NCBI GenBank assembly: GCA_965207985.1
Contig: CBDBND010000012.1
Span: 10,773-74,772, forward strand
Origin: Rhodospirillaceae bacterium
Lineage (GTDB): Bacteria; Pseudomonadota; Alphaproteobacteria; Rhodospirillales; Rhodospirillaceae
Direction of reading: 5' to 3'
Length of the DNA stretch: 64,000 nt
The position numbers and the translations under genes were made by a program. Shown here piece after piece: positions 60,713 to 64,000 of the stretch. Below the pieces are notes generated by a model that did not search any database, had not been told where the DNA came from, and worked only from the letters and a program-made list of their open reading frames with translations. Positions within the stretch are counted from its first letter, which is position 1. Each line of letters begins with the position of its first letter.

Positions 60713-60752
60713 ACCGCCGCATCGCCCCTAAAAGAGAGTAAAGGCGGCGTGA

Positions 60753-61241
60753 TTAATCCGCGGAACTCTTCACCGGAAAGAATTTCCAGTTGCGCCAGCG
60801 CTTGCCGTTTTTGAACTCATAGAGATTGAGGGTGCGCACCATGCGCTCACCGGTGTCGGTTGCGTAGATGTCCTCTTCCACCTGCACCAAAATGTTGTCC
60901 ACCATGCCGAGCCGGTAGGTGCGTGAGTTGAGCCAGGTGTTGGGGCTCTCGGCGAAAAACATCTCGAGCATCTGCACCGTCTGGTCCCGCCCGCTGACCC
61001 GGACCCTGGGGCCGTCTTCGGTGACGGACCAGCCACTGAAGTCTTCGGTAATGATGGCGTCCATTGCCGCCGCGTCCCGGTTCATGAACTGACCGTCGGT
61101 GGCCTCCACCACCGCTTCAAGGTCGGGCGGCACGGCGCGGAACTTTTTGGCAGGATCGGTAGCACAAGCACTTAAAATCATAAGAGCGGCGGCGAACGGA
61201 AGTACTTTTTGGAAAAAGCTGGGCATGGGGTTTTCCTTCAT
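60753..61241 (-). CDS. Lipoprotein, possibly NTF2/SnoaL-like fold
   Basis: Lipobox ILSAC and about 135 mature residues. The fold call is a weak guess from size and pattern. Confidence 0.4.
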   Translation of the reverse strand: MKENPMPSFFQKVLPFAAALMILSACATDPAKKFRAVPPDLEAVVEATDGQFMNRDAAAMDAIITEDFSGWSVTEDGPRVRVSGRDQTVQMLEMFFAESPNTWLNSRTYRLGMVDNILVQVEEDIYATDTGERMVRTLNLYEFKNGKRWRNWKFFPVKSSAD

Positions 61242-61280
61242 GGAAGGTGGTAAGGTGACGCCACGTGTCTCTTCAAACCT

Positions 61281-62150
61281 ATGGGATCAGAGACCATGAA
61301 ACTCTTTGCCAGGATCATACTGTGCCTGGGCACGATCTTTGCAGCGGCATTTACAACGGCTCCGGTTGTGCAGGCCGCCTCAGATTCCCTGCGTGACGCC
61401 CCCGTGCGCATCGTCCTCATCGGTGCCACGTCCAAGACCGCCAAGGAACTGATCCCCCAGGCCCTGGCGCGCGGCTATGAAGTGACGGGCCTGGCCCGGA
61501 GGCCGGAGGCAGTGAACTTACAACACGAGCGCCTGGCGGTGGTGCAGGGCGATGTCTATCTCATCGACACCCTGGAAGCGGCGTTCCGGGGCGACGAGGT
61601 GGTGATTTCCATGGTCGGCCCGCGCGATGACCCCTACGCCGAAAGCCAGCCCACCGATCTGTTGTCCACCGGCACCACCAACATCATCACCGCCATGAAA
61701 GCCCGTGGGAACGAGCGGCTTCTGGTGGCCAGTTCCATCGGCGTGGAAAACGTTTTCCCGACGGTCAAGCCAGACAATTTGGACGGTCGGAATGGCTGGC
61801 TGTGGAAACGGCGCCACCGATATCTCGACATGCAGAAGATGGAAGACATCGTGCGGTCCTCAGGCATCGACTACGTCATCTTCCGCCCGGCGTTTCTCGT
61901 CGAAGAGCCCATGCGCCACGATCTCATTCTCAAGGTCAACGAACCGTCGCCCAAGGAACGCATGCTCACCTATGCGGACTTCGCCCGCTTCGTCTTGGAC
62001 CAGGTTGAGTCCGACACCCATTTGGGCGATGCGGTGGGCATGGTCAGCGATCGTGTTCTTGCCTTTGGCGAAAATGTGGACTTCGAAGCCCTGGCCCAGG
62101 AGGCGCTCAAGGCCCGCGAAGCCGCCGGCGCAAATGGAGTGACCCCCTAG
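61281..62150 (+). CDS. Exported NAD(P)H-binding atypical SDR (paralog of 12979-13836)
   Basis: A Sec-type signal peptide (...APVVQA/AS). The Rossmann segment is RIVLIGATSKTAKELIP. It is collinear with the Tat-signal paralog (GLARRP, VVQGDVY, YADFARFVLD). Confidence 0.75.
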   Translation: MGSETMKLFARIILCLGTIFAAAFTTAPVVQAASDSLRDAPVRIVLIGATSKTAKELIPQALARGYEVTGLARRPEAVNLQHERLAVVQGDVYLIDTLEAAFRGDEVVISMVGPRDDPYAESQPTDLLSTGTTNIITAMKARGNERLLVASSIGVENVFPTVKPDNLDGRNGWLWKRRHRYLDMQKMEDIVRSSGIDYVIFRPAFLVEEPMRHDLILKVNEPSPKERMLTYADFARFVLDQVESDTHLGDAVGMVSDRVLAFGENVDFEALAQEALKAREAAGANGVTP

Positions 62151-62167
62151 AAGTGGTCCGGTTTTGT

Positions 62168-63745
62168 TAAGAGAGTTTGGCGCATTGTGACCTCCTGGAA
62201 GGAGGACGGAATGAGCCGTTGTAAGACGTGTCTAATTCTCTAGCGAAACTTTCTCATGTGTTTTCCCTGTCAAATGTCCCCCGTCAGGACCAATGGAACA
62301 GATTAGGGTGATTGCGTAAGAGAGTGTTATTGGCTCATCGTCATCATTGAGGAGTGAACGATGAGAGATAGAACAGAACGATCCCAGGATGTTGCGGAGC
62401 GGACGGTCAAGGACATCCGCCGCAAGACCCGCAAGCGTTACAGTGCTGAGGAGAAGATCCGCATTGTCCTGGCCGGACTGCGCGGCGAGGACCCGATTGC
62501 CGAGCTATGCCGCCGTGAGGGCATAGCCCAGGGGATGTATTACAGCTGGTCGAAGGAGTTCCTTGAGGCCGGGAAGAAGCGCCTGGCCGGTGATACGGCC
62601 CGTGAGGCCAACACGGGCGAGGTCAAGGAGCTGCGCCGCCAGGCTCACGACCTCAAGGAGGTGGTGGCCGAACAGGCCCTGGAACTGCGCCTTCTCAAAA
62701 AAAACATGATCGGGGATGGGGGAGACGACGCATGAGATACCCCGCCTCCGAGAAGCTCGAGATCATCAGGCTGGTGGAACAGTCGCATCTGCCGGCCAAG
62801 CGTACGTTGGACACCCTTGGGGTTCCCCGCACCACGTTTTACCGCTGGTACAACAGCTATCTGCAGGGCGGGCTTGAGGCCCTTGAAGACAGGCCGCCCA
62901 AGCCGTCCCGGGTGTGGAACCGCATCCCGGATGAGATCCGTGACCGGATTGTCCAGATGGCCCTGGAGAACCCGGACCTGTCGCCCCGGGAACTGGCGGT
63001 ACGGTTCACCGATACACAGGCCTACTTCGTCTCGGAAGCCAGTGTTTACCGGCTTCTCAAGGCCCATGACCTGATCGCCAGCCCGGCGTTTGTGGTGATC
63101 AAGGCGAACGATGAGTTCAGGGATAAGACCACGGCCCCGAACCAGCTTTGGCAGACCGACTTCACCTACATCAAGGTCATCGGATGGGGCTGGTTCTACC
63201 TGAGCACCATCCTGGATGATTACTCCCGCTACATCATCGCCTGGACGCTGTGTACGACCATGAAGGCCAGTGACGTCACAGACACCCTGGAACTAGCATT
63301 GCAGGCCTCAGGCTGCGACCGGGTCGAGGTCCGGCACAAGCCCCGCCTGCTGTCAGACAATGGCGCGTCCTACATCTCTAGCGAACTGGCCGAATGGCTC
63401 GACGACAACGGCATGGATCATGTGCGCGGCGCACCCTATCACCCGCAGACACAGGGCAAGATCGAGCGGTGGCATCAGACCCTGAAGAACCGCATCCTGT
63501 TAGAGAACTACTTCCTGCCGGGCGATCTCAAGGCCAAGATCGGGCGCTTCGTCGCCTACTACAATCACCACCGCTACCACGAGAGCCTGAGCAATCTGAC
63601 GCCCGCCGACGTCTACTTCGGGCGCGGCGAAACCATCTTACTCGAAAGGGAGAGAATCAAACAAAACACCATCAATCAACGGCGCTTGCAGCACCGCAAA
63701 ACCGCCGCCTAAACTGAAAACCAAGATGGGCCAAACTCTCTCTTA
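62168..63745 (+). mobile_element. IS3-family insertion sequence no. 2 (about 1.58 kb; ends approximate)
   Basis: The terminal repeats are TAAGAGAGTTTGGCGC (left) and TAAGAGAGAGTTTGGCCC (reverse complement of the right end). Confidence 0.65.
62361..63712 (+). CDS. IS3-family transposase OrfA (62361-62735) / OrfB (62732-63712), with orfB in the -1 frame
   Basis: OrfA reads YSAEEKIRIVLAGLRGEDPIAELCRREGI. OrfB has the rve core (WQTDFTY, LDDYSRY, SDNGASY, YNHHRYHESL). The A8 run is at 62697-62704. Confidence 0.85.
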
Positions 63746-63815
63746 GTTTATCAACCCCCGCTGTCCCAAATAATCTGACGACGGACATGACGCTGGCGGG
63801 GAAGAATTAGACCTA

Positions 63816-64000
63816 GAGCGTGTCATTTATGGGCGGAGGCATATCCTGCGTTTTGGAGGTAACTGGCACACTCGGTTGGGGTGAAGGGTTCAGTTGTGCG
63901 CCCGAGTTGGCGCCAAGTGTCCTCGATATCGCCCTTTTTGGGCGGTGCGCATCCAATGCTTGATCCTTGCGAAGGCCTGTTCGATGGGGTTGAGGTCTGG
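63816..64000 (-). mobile_element. Diverged IS630-family element, left end only, transposase C-terminus frameshifted
   Basis: TA at 63814-63815 is followed by GAGCGTGTCATTTATGG. The minus strand reads PDLNPIEQAFARIKHWMRTAQK, then needs a shift near 63931-63942 to read ...ECASYLQNAGYASAHK*. Confidence 0.65.

Overview
The window looks like alphaproteobacterial chromosome. It has an LpxI-type lipid A cluster, a GAAC-N7-GAAC SOS box upstream of lexA, and the gene order typical of the class.

The core, about 35 kb, is dnaE; trpG-trpD-trpC-moaC-moeA; lexA; a decayed comEC; gltX; gltA; and the long minus-strand block lpxB-lpxI-lpxA-fabZ-lpxD-skp-bamA-rseP-dxr-cdsA-uppS-frr-pyrH-tsf-rpsB.

Both flanks are accessory DNA riddled with mobile elements:
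- Left flank (1-14.6 kb): a type I PKS that runs off the window edge and is absent from the ORF track. About 1.35 kb of IS debris cuts it off from a discrete ACP and hydrolase. Gene stubs follow, then a four-gene unit in which two enzymes carry twin-arginine signal peptides.
- Right flank (48.7-64 kb): frameshifted genes, abutting IS5- and IS3-family elements, and a Zur-ZIP-TonB receptor-DUF1826-MerC-like-beta-propeller zinc island. It ends with a 5'-truncated group II intron, a second IS3-family element and a partial IS630-like element.
- Two identical 1052-bp IS630-family copies sit in direct orientation around 13.4 kb of core genes.

Several genes look inactivated: comEC, a mini flagellar-rod-like ORF, a DUF442-type lipoprotein, an AstE-family gene and an IS5 transposase.

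I saw no rRNA, tRNA or CRISPR array. My best candidates for something undescribed are the MerC-like plus AztD-like two-gene operon inside the zinc island, which has no ABC transporter partner, and the Tat-exported Rossmann protein plus SAM-methyltransferase unit. All family calls come from reading motifs by eye, not from database searches.
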